NCBI GenBank assembly: GCA_008690995.1
Contig: VRMN01000005.1
Coordinates: 744,001-808,000, forward strand
Length of the DNA stretch: 64,000 nucleotides
DNA from: Porphyridium purpureum
Taxonomy: Eukaryota
Direction: 5' to 3'
Shown: positions 21,323-31,859 of the stretch, in pieces
How the letters are laid out: every line of letters starts with the position of its first letter
How positions within the stretch are numbered: the first letter of the stretch is position 1
Made by a program: the position numbers and the translations under genes
Notes under the pieces: generated by a model
Told to the model about the DNA's origin: nothing
Database searches by the model: none
What the model saw: only the letters and a program-made list of their open reading frames with translations

Positions 21323-23176
21323 ATGCGGGGAACGCGTGCGTTCGGGACGCATGTCCTTGTGCTTCAAACTCATGCGACGAAGCGCATAAACGGGTCACTG
21401 AGAGGGGCTGCCTCTGCGAACAGTAGACATGTCATTGCGCGCGGGGGGTGGCCTTGTTGGAACGATGCCGCAGGTGTAATCACTTCCATACGAGAGCTAT
21501 CCCTGAGCGCATGCCGCGCGATGCATGAACCGCTGTCAGATTCAGAGGTGGATTTTTCCATTGTGGCACCTCCGCCACCGCGGAGAAGGGATAAACCCGC
21601 GCCCGCGACCATGCGGCGTTATGAGGATCTAACGACTGACGAACTGAACGCGAAACTTCGCCTCGTCCTGAGTGGCGATGTTGAAGGGGCTAATATGGAC
21701 CACCTCCAAATGGCCCAAGTGTTGCTGAGAACCAACGCTAAGTTTGATACGGTTACTTTTAGATCCTCGCTGCTCTTCGCCAAGCAGATACCGGATGTAG
21801 ATCCGCGTGGAAAGCTGCGTTTCGCGATACGCATGCTGCAGCACGCGCGTGAGCAGAATTTACCACTGAATGCTCACGTCATAATTCATTTTCTGGCGCT
21901 TGCGCGACCATGTCACAAGGTCAACGTAATCTTGGCACTGAAGCGCATGATGTTGGAGAATCAAGCACTCAAACTTCCGCAGATGCGCCGCACAGACAAC
22001 CGTGACTCAGGGCACGAGGACGATCGGCCTTTCGAGCAAATGATAGGGAACAATCCGATTGAGCTGACGATGTTTGACTCTCTGCTCCGCTTTCTTCTCG
22101 CGCACAAGAGAACTAGACACGCAGCGGATGTGTGGAAGCTGCTGCGCAGCTCAACGCTTCTCGGAATATCTGCCGGTCCCGTGGTGGATGCCAGCCTTCT
22201 CGGTAGTGGCGTTTGGGCGTGCGCCGTCACGCACGACTTTAATGAGGTTGAATGGATTGCCAAAAGATACAGTCAGCTAAATATCGTGCCGGACGTGCGC
22301 TCGCTGCATGTTCTTGCATTCGTCTGCATCCGAAACGCACAATTTAAAGCTGCAGCTGCCAAGATGCAGTGGATAATCCAGCTAGGTTACGTTCTGCACG
22401 AGCGCGAGCTGCGCCAGTACTTGATTGAAGCCGTGAAGCAAGACAAGCACAGCCGCACAGATTCTGATGTCAAGGAATCGTTTTATGAACGATTGGCGCT
22501 GCTCGGCGATGTACTGATCAAGGCTAGAGATCTGTGCACGACCAAACGAGATCAACTTCGATTTCTACGAACGTACTTCAATGTCCTTTACGATGGCGTT
22601 ACGGACGGCCGATTGAAAGCGCACGAACGCAACATGACCAGCGTGGCTCTAGGTGTCTACCGACACTGGAGAATAGAGGACAGTATTGTGTCAAGCTATA
22701 TGGTGTATATTGCTTGCTGTGCCGAGCGTTTCGACGTGGCTCTGCAGGTGGCGCGCAAAAGTCATCGCCAGATTCACATCTCGCGCAAAAAGAAAGAACA
22801 TGGGACAATGCGTGGCTTTGCGTATGAAGCGCTTGCCACACTGAGCGCCAAGGTCGATCGCATAGACGAGGCGTTGAACCTTGTCTTTAGACCAGACCTC
22901 GACGAGCCGGTGAATGCGAATCGAGCCGCGTTTGTTATCACCACTTTCATTTACATCTTTGGGCAGCTTGGACGATTTGACGTGTGCAGGAAAATCTTCG
23001 ATTCGTTCTCGAGTGTTTATCCCCATCATCTGGCTGTGGCTACAGCATACGAAATGGCTCTGAAAAGAGAACGCAGTCTCTCAACTTTGACGGAGTCAGT
23101 GGAAGGCACGTGGCAGTGGCGAGTAGAAGGGAGTACGGACGGGATTCCCGGCTTTGACGACTTGCCCAACAAGTGA
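21323..23176 (+). CDS. Helical-repeat, PPR-like protein, probably organelle-targeted, 617 aa
   Basis: Long ORF with a basic presequence and degenerate PPR-like units (VITTFIYIFGQLGRFDVCRKIFDSF; NIVPDVRSLHVLAFVCIRNAQFKAA). Confidence 0.6.
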   Translation: MRGTRAFGTHVLVLQTHATKRINGSLRGAASANSRHVIARGGWPCWNDAAGVITSIRELSLSACRAMHEPLSDSEVDFSIVAPPPPRRRDKPAPATMRRYEDLTTDELNAKLRLVLSGDVEGANMDHLQMAQVLLRTNAKFDTVTFRSSLLFAKQIPDVDPRGKLRFAIRMLQHAREQNLPLNAHVIIHFLALARPCHKVNVILALKRMMLENQALKLPQMRRTDNRDSGHEDDRPFEQMIGNNPIELTMFDSLLRFLLAHKRTRHAADVWKLLRSSTLLGISAGPVVDASLLGSGVWACAVTHDFNEVEWIAKRYSQLNIVPDVRSLHVLAFVCIRNAQFKAAAAKMQWIIQLGYVLHERELRQYLIEAVKQDKHSRTDSDVKESFYERLALLGDVLIKARDLCTTKRDQLRFLRTYFNVLYDGVTDGRLKAHERNMTSVALGVYRHWRIEDSIVSSYMVYIACCAERFDVALQVARKSHRQIHISRKKKEHGTMRGFAYEALATLSAKVDRIDEALNLVFRPDLDEPVNANRAAFVITTFIYIFGQLGRFDVCRKIFDSFSSVYPHHLAVATAYEMALKRERSLSTLTESVEGTWQWRVEGSTDGIPGFDDLPNK

Positions 23177-23921
23177 ATCACTCTTCCGGGGTCACTCTGT
23201 CATCCAAAGGCACCTGGAAGCGCGTTGATGGACAGATGTCGCCTCTCATTTGCTGTAAGGCCAGCACCTGGACAAGGTCTTTGAAATTCTAAGCAGATCG
23301 ACCAGGATACTGCCGCGTGAAGAATCGAGGTAGCCGAATCTTGCCAAGTCGCAAAACAAAGAGGTAATTGAAACAGATTCCGTGTCCAAGGAACTTCTGC
23401 TTGCGCTTGACTTTACGTTCCGGTGCATACGCTCGAGGTCGCAACGTATCCCTCGATCACGGTCTTGTGACAGATATTCCCCGACAGTCGGTGCCACAAT
23501 ACGTGGATTACAAGACCGATAGAACGAATCGGCCATGCTTGAGCAGGTTGTCTGCGCGCTCTGGGCTTGGTGATTCGGGCAGAAGAAAAACTTGTACTGG
23601 AGTCAGAGACTGTGTCGCGGAGCAGGGATTTTCACTCGGCAATATCTCAGTTATATAGTTTGTGCTAGATTACTCGTTGTAATGTCCACGTGGTAGTGCA
23701 TAATGATGCTTGAACCTTGGAAGAGCCATCCACTACCAGTTGCCTGGTGCGAGGCCAACGTCTCAAAACAAATCACGAGCTCGCTCAAAGCGCAGCGGAG
23801 CGTGCAGAGACGAAAACTCTTCGAACGGATTTTTGGGTTAAAGTTGGCTCGGGAAGAGCAATTGACGGACTCTCTTTCGAATGCTTGAGAGCTGTCTTTT
23901 AAATCATACAAACTTTCGGTC

Positions 23922-25019
23922 TCAACAATGGTCAATATCCTTCACCAGAACAGGTTCACATATCTCTGCCCACCACGGAAAGCGGCGATACTTCGCTTTG
24001 ATGTCTTCGTACAAGGAAAGCGCATCGGCATTGAGGGCGCGTGCCTGTAAATGCCGCGCGATGGGTTCGTAAGCATCCTTTTTGCCATTGAAGTGGACCG
24101 CGGCTGGTGTAACGTTTGTTTCCATGCAGAATACTTTGCACGCCTTGCCATCAAAATAAGCCGGTTCAATATGCCACGCGTATTTTGGGCTGGCCAGTGT
24201 TGTTCCCCACGCTGTCAAGAAGATATCTACGTCTGTGTTGATTGCCAAAGTGTAAGCTTTTGTTTTCTTGCCCTCGTTCTGCGCTTTGAAAAAGCCTTGC
24301 ATGACGCCTTGGTCATCTTCATTTACGTTCCCCATACTCGACAAGACGTCCTTCATGAGCACTCGAAGCGCATGCGCACGACCCATGATATTGCCAGAGT
24401 TCAGATATTTAAAGCGCGACTTGGCGTGCGGCGCTCCTAGCGAAGCGCAAATCTGCGTGCCGTTCGGAACAATCTCCTTTCCATGAAGCATGTAAGGTCA
24501 GCAGTTTGTTTCGCCGGAAAACAAGATGAGATTATCCGCTGGAGCGTGCGCCTCTTCGGCCAAAAACTTTTCCAGAACAGTAAGAGCAGGCTCAAAGTAG
24601 AGCACATCCGTTGCGTCACACATGACTACAACGGTATCGTTGTATATGTCGAAAGCTGCGAGCGTGTCTGCATCGTTCAGAAGCTTGTCCCAGGCGCTCA
24701 ACTTCTTTGTCTTTCGATTATTGACCTGATCAAACACAAAACCGTCCAGCCCCCCGACGCCCAGAACATGCAACGGGAAACCGTTGAGCGCGGCCGTTTC
24801 CATTGAATAACAGATGCTCGGGAGCGCTTGATCCATGAACGCCGTAAATACAATCGATGCCCCCGCACGCGCGCCTGCAGAGCGGCTGGGAGCGCTGCGC
24901 CCAGAGCCAGACGCAGCCGTGACCGACGAGTCGAAGAACACGGCGGCCGCCAGCACACAGAAAACCGCTGCGATCACGGCGGCAGGCACGAGCCATCCGA
25001 TCCCCGGCCTCATTCCCAT
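23922..25019 (-). pseudogene. PLOD (lysyl hydroxylase N-terminal)-type glycosyltransferase, type II membrane, with in-frame TGA at 24498-24500
   Basis: N-terminal TM, VVMCDATDV (DxxD), LFSGETNC*P, KYLNSGNIMG, EDDQ and VHFNG. Both halves are in one frame and separated only by TGA where family members have CWP. Confidence 0.75.
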
Positions 25020-26235
25020 CGTGTCGTGCGCGCGCAGCCAGCCACTCTGTGAGTCTCCTCTGGCGCTTCGCTCTCTGCGGAAATAGCGTTGGGCTGACTC
25101 GTCCTACTCACATCCGAGATGCACGTTAATTACGTGCCTGCAGCTTGTCGAGCGCATTTGACAACCCACTTGTCTGCGCGGCGTGTGGAACGAGCGTAGC
25201 GCAGCACCACCAGCTACGCCATACTATCGGTGACAATCCATTGAAGCCAACGCACGCGTTTTGCGGCGAGTGACCAGGATGGAAGCGTCATTAATTGGAA
25301 GCGCCTCTGAGACCACTTCAATCGCTCTTCACACACGCTGACCAAAGATCATCACCTGGAAAATAGTCGGACCGTTTCGAAGTGGCGACATAGTGGTCTA
25401 GTGCCGCGCGGGCCTTTGCGCGCACAGATGGCGGTTTCGGAGCCGTCCTCGCAACGGCAGGGTCGTGCAGGGCCTGTGGCTGGGTGGTAAGACCCACCTC
25501 GTCGCCCTGCGCTGCAGAGGCGCACGTCAGGCCGGCGGGGTGTATAAAAGCAATCACACCCGACGGCCGTCGCCTGATTAGCTTCCTCACAAGAGAAGAC
25601 GCAAGGAAGAGGAGTAGGAGATAACGAGTAAACGGGTCGTCGGTTAAAGACAAAGTTTAGAAAACTCCCCAATTATTCCTTCACAGACCACGAAAATGAG
25701 AGACTCAGCTGTTCCAGCAGCGCCGCTTTTTGTCAGAAATCGATTTACAAACAACGCTTGAAGGGATAAAGAATCACTGTGTTTTTAAAGAGAGCTTCAT
25801 CACTCAGACAACCTTGCCGCCTCTCCACCTTCATGTGTTCCGACGCTCATGTCCTGCAGATGCTTCAACCGGGCTTCTCGCTTGTCGCTTCTTTTTAATG
25901 TCCGGCTGAATCGGAAGGCTATGGCTCGAATGTATTATGTACCCGACACCTGCATTGGTCGTCCTTTGAGGGTCCCGACCCATGGTTTAGTATGCGTTCC
26001 ATTCTACTACCTGGAGCACATAAAGTTGGTCTGGCGCACTCGACACTCGTCCCAGCCGTGACATCCTTTGGTTTCGTCACAGCGCCTTTCACCATGTACC
26101 CTCATGCGATCAATACACGCAAGCACGGCACTACGAAACAGTGCATGCGGGTGCCGAGTGCATTTTATTGTAGCGAAGATCGGCCAGGCCGGCGCTCAAA
26201 GCCGTGTGCATGGCTGGCGACTGCGTCGACGGTAC

Positions 26236-27672
26236 TCACAAGAATGGGGACAAGATTGACCGTCGCCTCTTGATTGACTCAACACTTCCAGACGAAAGAA
26301 CGGCCTGCAGCTCCTGTTCCGAGACAATACGGCCCAGTTCTGCCTCCAACTCAATGCGGCTCAGCCAGTACGTCGCATAGAGCTTTTCCCAAACATACGC
26401 CTTTGCTCGGATCTCGCGCGCGGCTTGTTCGAGTTCTGGTCGCGAGAGGTTCCAGTCGGATGTCATGAGCACCGGTAGACCTGCGTACATCTCCTCGTAC
26501 GGTCCGTGGCGCTCAACAATGGGTATACAGCCGTACAGCATCGCCTCCCACGTCCGGTGGCAGTCGAATCCGCGCCCCGGCGGGCTCGCCACAAATTGGT
26601 AAACAGGCAGCACCTCGTGATGGGAGCGTCCGGACTCGCCATCCAGCAGTCCAGACATATTCATGGCGTGCTGCGCTCTGGTCCGGACCCCGCGCGTTTG
26701 CTCAAAGTAGGCGTTGCCGGACGTTTCCCGCATGCTCACATACACCAGCCTGTCGCGCCGAGAGCGGTAGAACAAATGTGCGGGTCGCGTGTACAGGTAC
26801 TCCTCGCGCTTATCGTGCGGCGCGAAGCAACCTCCAGACTCGTAGCACCCAACGCGAGTCCACGGCCCGGCCGGCAGGGCAAGGACTTTTGCATGTGGTG
26901 TACACACGTTGGTGGCATACCAGCGCACTACCTTGACATGGTTGAGCACATCTAGCAGGAACAGCAGGCTTTCGGATGGTACCCGCGCATTTAAGAACGG
27001 AAAGCACTTGTCGCCCGTTAGCGTGATGAACGACACAGGCTCCTTCCGAGCGTCCAAGAATTGCGTAAGCGCTGTAGGTAGCCATTGATACTGGCTGTTG
27101 CTCGCGATAAAAACCAACAAATTAATGAGAACGACGCAAACACTTGCGTGTGGACACTTGTCCAGTCGCGCGCGGAACTCTGCTTCAGTAAAATTGACCA
27201 TGTCTTGAGAACGACCGTCCATCCGAACGTCTGCGGCTTCATGCCACGCACCGCTGCCGGGCAATGGAAACGACGATTTCAGACACTTGCCTTGGACGCC
27301 GTCCAAATTCAGACGATATACGTCGCCACGCACATGCTCAGCCAGGTCAGCATCGTTGCTCTCGCCGCACTGCCGATGTAGAGTTCGCAGCTTGTAAAAA
27401 TGGAGGAGTGAAGACTTTTCCGGGATGGCCGCCCCAGAAACCAACGGTGAATGAATCTGGGTCCGCACGGGCGCCTCCTGTGCGCGCAGTATCGGACCGC
27501 CTTCCCATACTACCTCAGCAACAAGGAGAGCGAGGGACATAGCCACTATAACCAGTCCGCTTCTCCTCGCGTATGCGGACAGCGTCGGTGGCTCCGTTCG
27601 GCGTGGTGACCGCGAACTCTCGGCGTCTCCCGAGAGCGGGCTCCGCGCGGAATGTTGGAAACGCGCTTTCAT
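26236..27672 (-). CDS. Exostosin-like (GT47-related) type II membrane glycosyltransferase, 478 aa
   Basis: TM segment (LVIVAMSLALLVAEVVW) and C-terminal YQFVASPPGRGFDCHRTWEAMLYGCIPIV...LPVL..W...KLYATYW. Confidence 0.85.
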   Translation of the reverse strand: MKARFQHSARSPLSGDAESSRSPRRTEPPTLSAYARRSGLVIVAMSLALLVAEVVWEGGPILRAQEAPVRTQIHSPLVSGAAIPEKSSLLHFYKLRTLHRQCGESNDADLAEHVRGDVYRLNLDGVQGKCLKSSFPLPGSGAWHEAADVRMDGRSQDMVNFTEAEFRARLDKCPHASVCVVLINLLVFIASNSQYQWLPTALTQFLDARKEPVSFITLTGDKCFPFLNARVPSESLLFLLDVLNHVKVVRWYATNVCTPHAKVLALPAGPWTRVGCYESGGCFAPHDKREEYLYTRPAHLFYRSRRDRLVYVSMRETSGNAYFEQTRGVRTRAQHAMNMSGLLDGESGRSHHEVLPVYQFVASPPGRGFDCHRTWEAMLYGCIPIVERHGPYEEMYAGLPVLMTSDWNLSRPELEQAAREIRAKAYVWEKLYATYWLSRIELEAELGRIVSEQELQAVLSSGSVESIKRRRSILSPFL

Positions 27673-28633
27673 CGACCCTTTCCTAGCCAGGCGCCCGATT
27701 GTGCACTGTGTCCAACACGAAAGAACGCAAGTTCGCACTTGCTCGCCGGCGAAGCTCCAGAGACTGCCGATCGCACTGCGGGAGGTTGCCGAGAAAAGCG
27801 GACGTTGCGAAGGGTACCTGAAGGCACGCGCAAGTGCGCGCGGGTGCTAGGCGAGGAGTTTGATCCGAAGATCGCTCTTGGTGACTCGGCACTGCAGCCG
27901 CGACCATGCACCCCCACCCACGGATCGACTATTAGCTGCGCACACTTTTTGTTTGCTTTCCACAAGAATTGCTCGAAAGGTTGTCAAGTTACAAAAATTT
28001 CGCGCGCGAAGGTTCAGGCAAGCATCCTCAAGAGAGGCGCGTGGAGAGGCCGCCGTTGTTCGCGGTCGGCATGTCGCACATGTCCCCGATGCAGCACGAG
28101 CAGCTGCTGGTTGGTAGATATGCGTCGGACGGAGCGCGCCTGTTCCCGGACACCACACAGACGGGCGAGCACGCAGATGCGCGCGTATGTTTCAATGTGT
28201 CTTGATGTTATGTGGGCGGTTGGGTGGCTCACGGCTCTGGACTGTGTAGTGCATGGACGTCCTCGCACGTCACTGGAGCAACGGATGGTCAGGGGAGATG
28301 AGGTGAAGTGCGCCTGTGCTTGCGCCTACGCGAGTCGTGAAGCTCGTGGACAGCTCTGCGTGTTCGAAAATGACCTTGACCACCATGTGTGGTAGACTGC
28401 ACGTAGCGCTGCATAGCAAGCCAGCAGGAAGCAACAGGTGGCGCGGCGGTGTAGTCCGCCGCCGTCGCTGACGGTGAGCAGGGCGGCTGTGTTGAGACGC
28501 GGACGTGCAGCGGGGAACGATGTAGTCGTAGAGGTGCTTGCGTTTTGTTTATTGATATTTAAACACAAGAAGAGTATGTTAAAGAGCTTGGTGATGTTGT
28601 TCTCGTTGTAAAGATTCCTATACATATTGTTTT

Positions 28634-29002
28634 CTACAGAGCTTGCATTGTTTTGCGGACTCGAGCTCGCAGCGCTCGCAGTGCTGCTCGGGGTGAAAAG
28701 AATGTGCGACGTCGCCTGTCGGTGCGCGCGTGGGCCGGGCTCGATGCCTCTGCGCCGTCGATGCGCATTGCATCCTCTGATTCAGAGTCCGAGTGCAGGG
28801 AGTCCACGGACCCAGACTCGGCCCGTATTGGCCGGGCCTCGCGTGATGGGCAGTCGCTAAAAGACGCAGAGTCGCTGCTGTTGCAGGACGAGAGCACACC
28901 GCGAAAGTCGTCGGCGAACCGGGGGCCGGCGAGGAGGCTGTTCGGGCGCTCATTGTCGCCGGCCTCCAGAACGGCTGCTGTCATTGCAGTCTGAAGCGCC
29001 AT
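28634..29002 (-). CDS. Orphan Ser/Ala-rich protein, 122 aa, with a basic amphipathic C-terminus
   Basis: The ATG directly follows a purine-rich repeat leader and lies ~335 bp downstream of TATAAAAG. No recognisable domain. Confidence 0.4.
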   Translation of the reverse strand: MALQTAMTAAVLEAGDNERPNSLLAGPRFADDFRGVLSSCNSSDSASFSDCPSREARPIRAESGSVDSLHSDSESEDAMRIDGAEASSPAHARTDRRRRTFFSPRAALRALRARVRKTMQAL

Positions 29003-29295
29003 GTTGCTTCTTTCACTGCTTGATTCAGCTGCTGGTGCTTGCCGCTGCTGCTGCTTGCTTCTTTTTCTGCTGCAGGTGCTTCTGCTGCTGCCTGTTTCTG
29101 CTGCTGCCTGTTTCTGCTGCTTGTGCTTCTTTATCTTTTGCTTCTTTCGCTGCTTGCTTCTTTTTCTGTTGCTTGCTTCTTTCTGTTACTTGTTTCTGCT
29201 GCTTGTTTCTCCTGCTGCTTGTTTCTCCTGCTGCTTGTTTCTCCTGCTGCTTGCTTCTGCTGCTCGTGCTTCTGCTGCTGCTGCTTCTGCGTTTG
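29003..29295. repeat. Degenerate (ctgctgcttgtttct)-type minisatellite; cleanest part is 16-bp units at 29196-29258
   Basis: cctgctgcttgtttct x2 plus variants, embedded in ~290 bp of related units. Confidence 0.9.
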
Positions 29296-29336
29296 ACCGT
29301 GGCGTCGTCGTCCGGCGAACGGGCGAGCGAAAGCTG

Positions 29337-29344
29337 CTTTTATA
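29337..29344 (-). promoter_or_regulatory. Candidate TATA box (TATAAAAG)
   Basis: Canonical octamer in GC-rich surroundings, ~40 bp before the repeat leader of ORF 28634-29002. Confidence 0.4.
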
Positions 29345-29584
29345 GCCGTCGGCGGACGGCGGGGGTCCGTAGAGCGAATGCTGACGCGCCCGGACGGGGT
29401 GCGGCGTGCAGCATGGAAGACGTCCTGCGTCAGACGAGTGCGTTGGCGATGGCCTAGCAAGGCGTGCGAATTTGTGCGTAGAATAGTGTGATGTATGCCA
29501 AGCTGGGCGTAACGCGCGGCCGGCGAGCGAGCGAGTGTGCTGACGTGAGCGCGTGGAAAAGGTTGAGAATACGCGAGAGTCTGC

Positions 29585-29694
29585 TAAAAGCAGGCCAAAA
29601 GGAGGCGAAAAGCAAGCCAAAAGCAGACAAAAAGGAGGCAGAAAGGAGGCAAAAAGGAGGCAAAGAGGAGGCAAAAAGGAGTCTCAAAGCAGGC
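29585..29694 (+). repeat. Ten degenerate 11-bp units (consensus AAAAAGGAGGC)
   Basis: taaaagcaggc caaaaggaggc gaaaagcaagc caaaagcagac aaaaaggaggc agaaaggaggc aaaaaggaggc aaagaggaggc aaaaaggagtc tcaaagcaggc. Confidence 0.9.
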
Positions 29695-30894
29695 CGAAGA
29701 CGCGGCGGAGCCAGGCGGAATATAGGCCAAATTTGGCAAGAGCGAACGAAGACACGCGCTGGTAGAAACAGCCGAATTCAAAACGCGTCGTGGCGGGTCG
29801 CGGCAGGCCGCCGGAGCGTCCGCTTGGGCGTCAGACGTGGCAGAATGTGCGGCTTTGGGAAAGGTGCGCAGGCCAGTGGGCAAGCGGCTGCTTGAGGAGT
29901 GAGGCGGCTGGCGGCGCGGTCGAATTCGAATGCCGAACGCCGCAGTCGCAGCTGCGCTTGGCGCCGTGCAAGTGCGACCCGTTGGGCTTGCTTCATGTGC
30001 TGGTAAATCTGCCTGTTTTGATAGAAAAGGAGTGTACCTCCAGGTGTACTTGCGCGTGCATGTGGCGCGTGCATGTGGCGCGAACATGCCGAGTGGGCAC
30101 GTGGCGCGGGCAAGAAAGATTCGCACGGCACGCACTGCGCGTGAAGCGGAACACGGCCAGGGCCGCGCCGCCGTGGTTTGGAACAGCCGCCGCCGCCGCT
30201 GCAGCAGCTGTTCGACCGTCGTCTGGAGCAGCAGCAGCCGCCGCCGCCGGATCGCTGGCGTCGGGAGCAGCAGCAGAAGCAGCCAGGCCATCGTCGTTCG
30301 GAATAGTAAGGGCATCGTCATCGGGGACAACAGCCGCCGCCGCAGCAAGACCATTGTCGTCGGGAGCAGTATCCGGTCTGCCGTCGTCGGGAACCGCAGT
30401 AGCAGCACGCGCAGTGGAACCAGCAGCAGCTGAAGCGCGTGCAGAGGGAGCAGCAATAGCAGGATTAGCATCAGGAGCCTGACGAGCTGCGTAGGGAAGG
30501 GCAGTCGCAGAGAGCACGTGCGGTGGAAACCGCAGCAGCTGAAGCACGTGCAGCGGCGGCGGCAGTAACAGCTTGGCCATTGGCGTCGGGAACCGCACCG
30601 GCCGGAGCCACGAGCGCGTGTCACGCACCCGCCCACTTGGCGCCACTCCTGAGCGCGCTGGTTCCCGAGTGTCCTAGACGCTTCGGCCCTGCCGCGTGCC
30701 GCTGTACCGTGCTTCCACGCAGCGCGGCGTGAGCGACACGGTTTCGAGGTGGCGCGGTGTAAGTGCTCGGCGCGGCGAGTGTTCATATGCAGCCAGCGCG
30801 TTTTGATATGAAAACCCAAACAGAGGAACAGCAGCGTACAGATGTTGCGGTACAGTTGCGGTGTCTTGTTGCTTGGATAAGAGAGACGCGTGGG

Positions 30895-30951
30895 GGAGAG
30901 AGAGAGAGAGGGAAAGAGAGAGAGAGAGGGGAAAGAGGAAGAGAAAGGAAG
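30895..30951 (+). repeat. (GA)n purine-rich leader tract
   Basis: gagagagagagagagggaaagagagagagagg just upstream of ATG 30987. Similar tracts precede other genes (49292-49320; 43890-44040; minus strand 40600-40730). Confidence 0.85.
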
Positions 30952-30986
30952 GGGGCGTGTGCACGGATGGTGGAGGGAAGGTATCG

Positions 30987-31472
30987 ATGGCGGTGGGGCA
31001 GAACGCGGCGAGGGTGATGGATGGAGGCTACGGCATGCACGCAAGCGCGTCGTTCGGCTCGCCGACGCTCGACCAGTTCTGCCTAAACTGCGATCGCGAC
31101 GTCAACGTGGACGGCGAGTCGTGCAACAGCGAGCTCGGCGTCTTCTGCGGCAAGAACTGCTACTGGAGCTTCGCGCTCGACACCGCGAACATGCGCGAGC
31201 GCATTCGCGCGGCCGCAGTCAACAAGAACGCAAACGCAGGGCGGACTGACGCGCGCGCGCCCAGACAGAGCACCCGTGTCACGGGGAAGACAAACGACGC
31301 GTTCCAGAAGCATCCGAGCCAGGACGGAATGCGCCCGCTCACAAAGGAGACAATGGACGAGCATAGTAACGCCATCTACCACTATCAAGCATTTGTTGTG
31401 GGCACCACCACCGCCGCGCCGCAGGCTGAAAAGTCACAAGGCGCGGGAGCCTGGCGGAAGAACAGTCGCTGA
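30987..31472 (+). CDS. Small FCS-like (FLZ/TRASH-type) zinc-finger protein, 161 aa
   Basis: C-x2-C-x17-FCG-x2-C (CLNC...FCGKNC), GC3-rich codons and a GA-rich leader. Confidence 0.65.
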   Translation: MAVGQNAARVMDGGYGMHASASFGSPTLDQFCLNCDRDVNVDGESCNSELGVFCGKNCYWSFALDTANMRERIRAAAVNKNANAGRTDARAPRQSTRVTGKTNDAFQKHPSQDGMRPLTKETMDEHSNAIYHYQAFVVGTTTAAPQAEKSQGAGAWRKNSR

Positions 31473-31859
31473 GCGCCGCGCCCGTCACGTGGTCTTTTGC
31501 TGAGCGCCATTCACATGCTCAGCATCTTCACCATGGGCATGCGTATTCGCTCGTGAATGCGGAGAAGATCGTCGACAAGCTGGCGAGTGAAGACGGAAGA
31601 TGGTCCGCTTTCCCTGAAGGTTTAGTCCCAGCCCTTGATTGGCGGGTTTAGGAGACACATTCAGGACATACGCTTACCCACATATATAAATGTAGGTTTC
31701 ACGGTCACAACTTTCTTCCTTTTTTTTTTCGAAACAGACGATTGATTTCGGCGGAATCCAGGGGCGCTACCAAGCAACCGTGGAGCGTTTGTGAGCAAGG
31801 CGTATCGTCTCGGAACGGGCAGTGACTCGTCGCCGCGATTCGCCGCCAAGGAAACCAGG

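Noticed and set aside
24498..24500. Selenocysteine at the TGA (C-U-P)
   Set aside because: The aligned residue in the family is Trp, not Cys, and I recognised no SECIS.
27652..28395. 247-aa plus-strand ORF
   Set aside because: Arg/Cys-rich composition typical of GC-rich non-coding DNA; no domain.
29001..29457. Cys/Leu/Phe-rich plus-strand ORFs
   Set aside because: Translation artefacts of the minisatellite.
28540..30845. Weak similarity of 28540-28585 and 30798-30845 as LTR-like ends
   Set aside because: The match is short and gapped, with no TG..CA ends, target duplication or internal retroelement coding.
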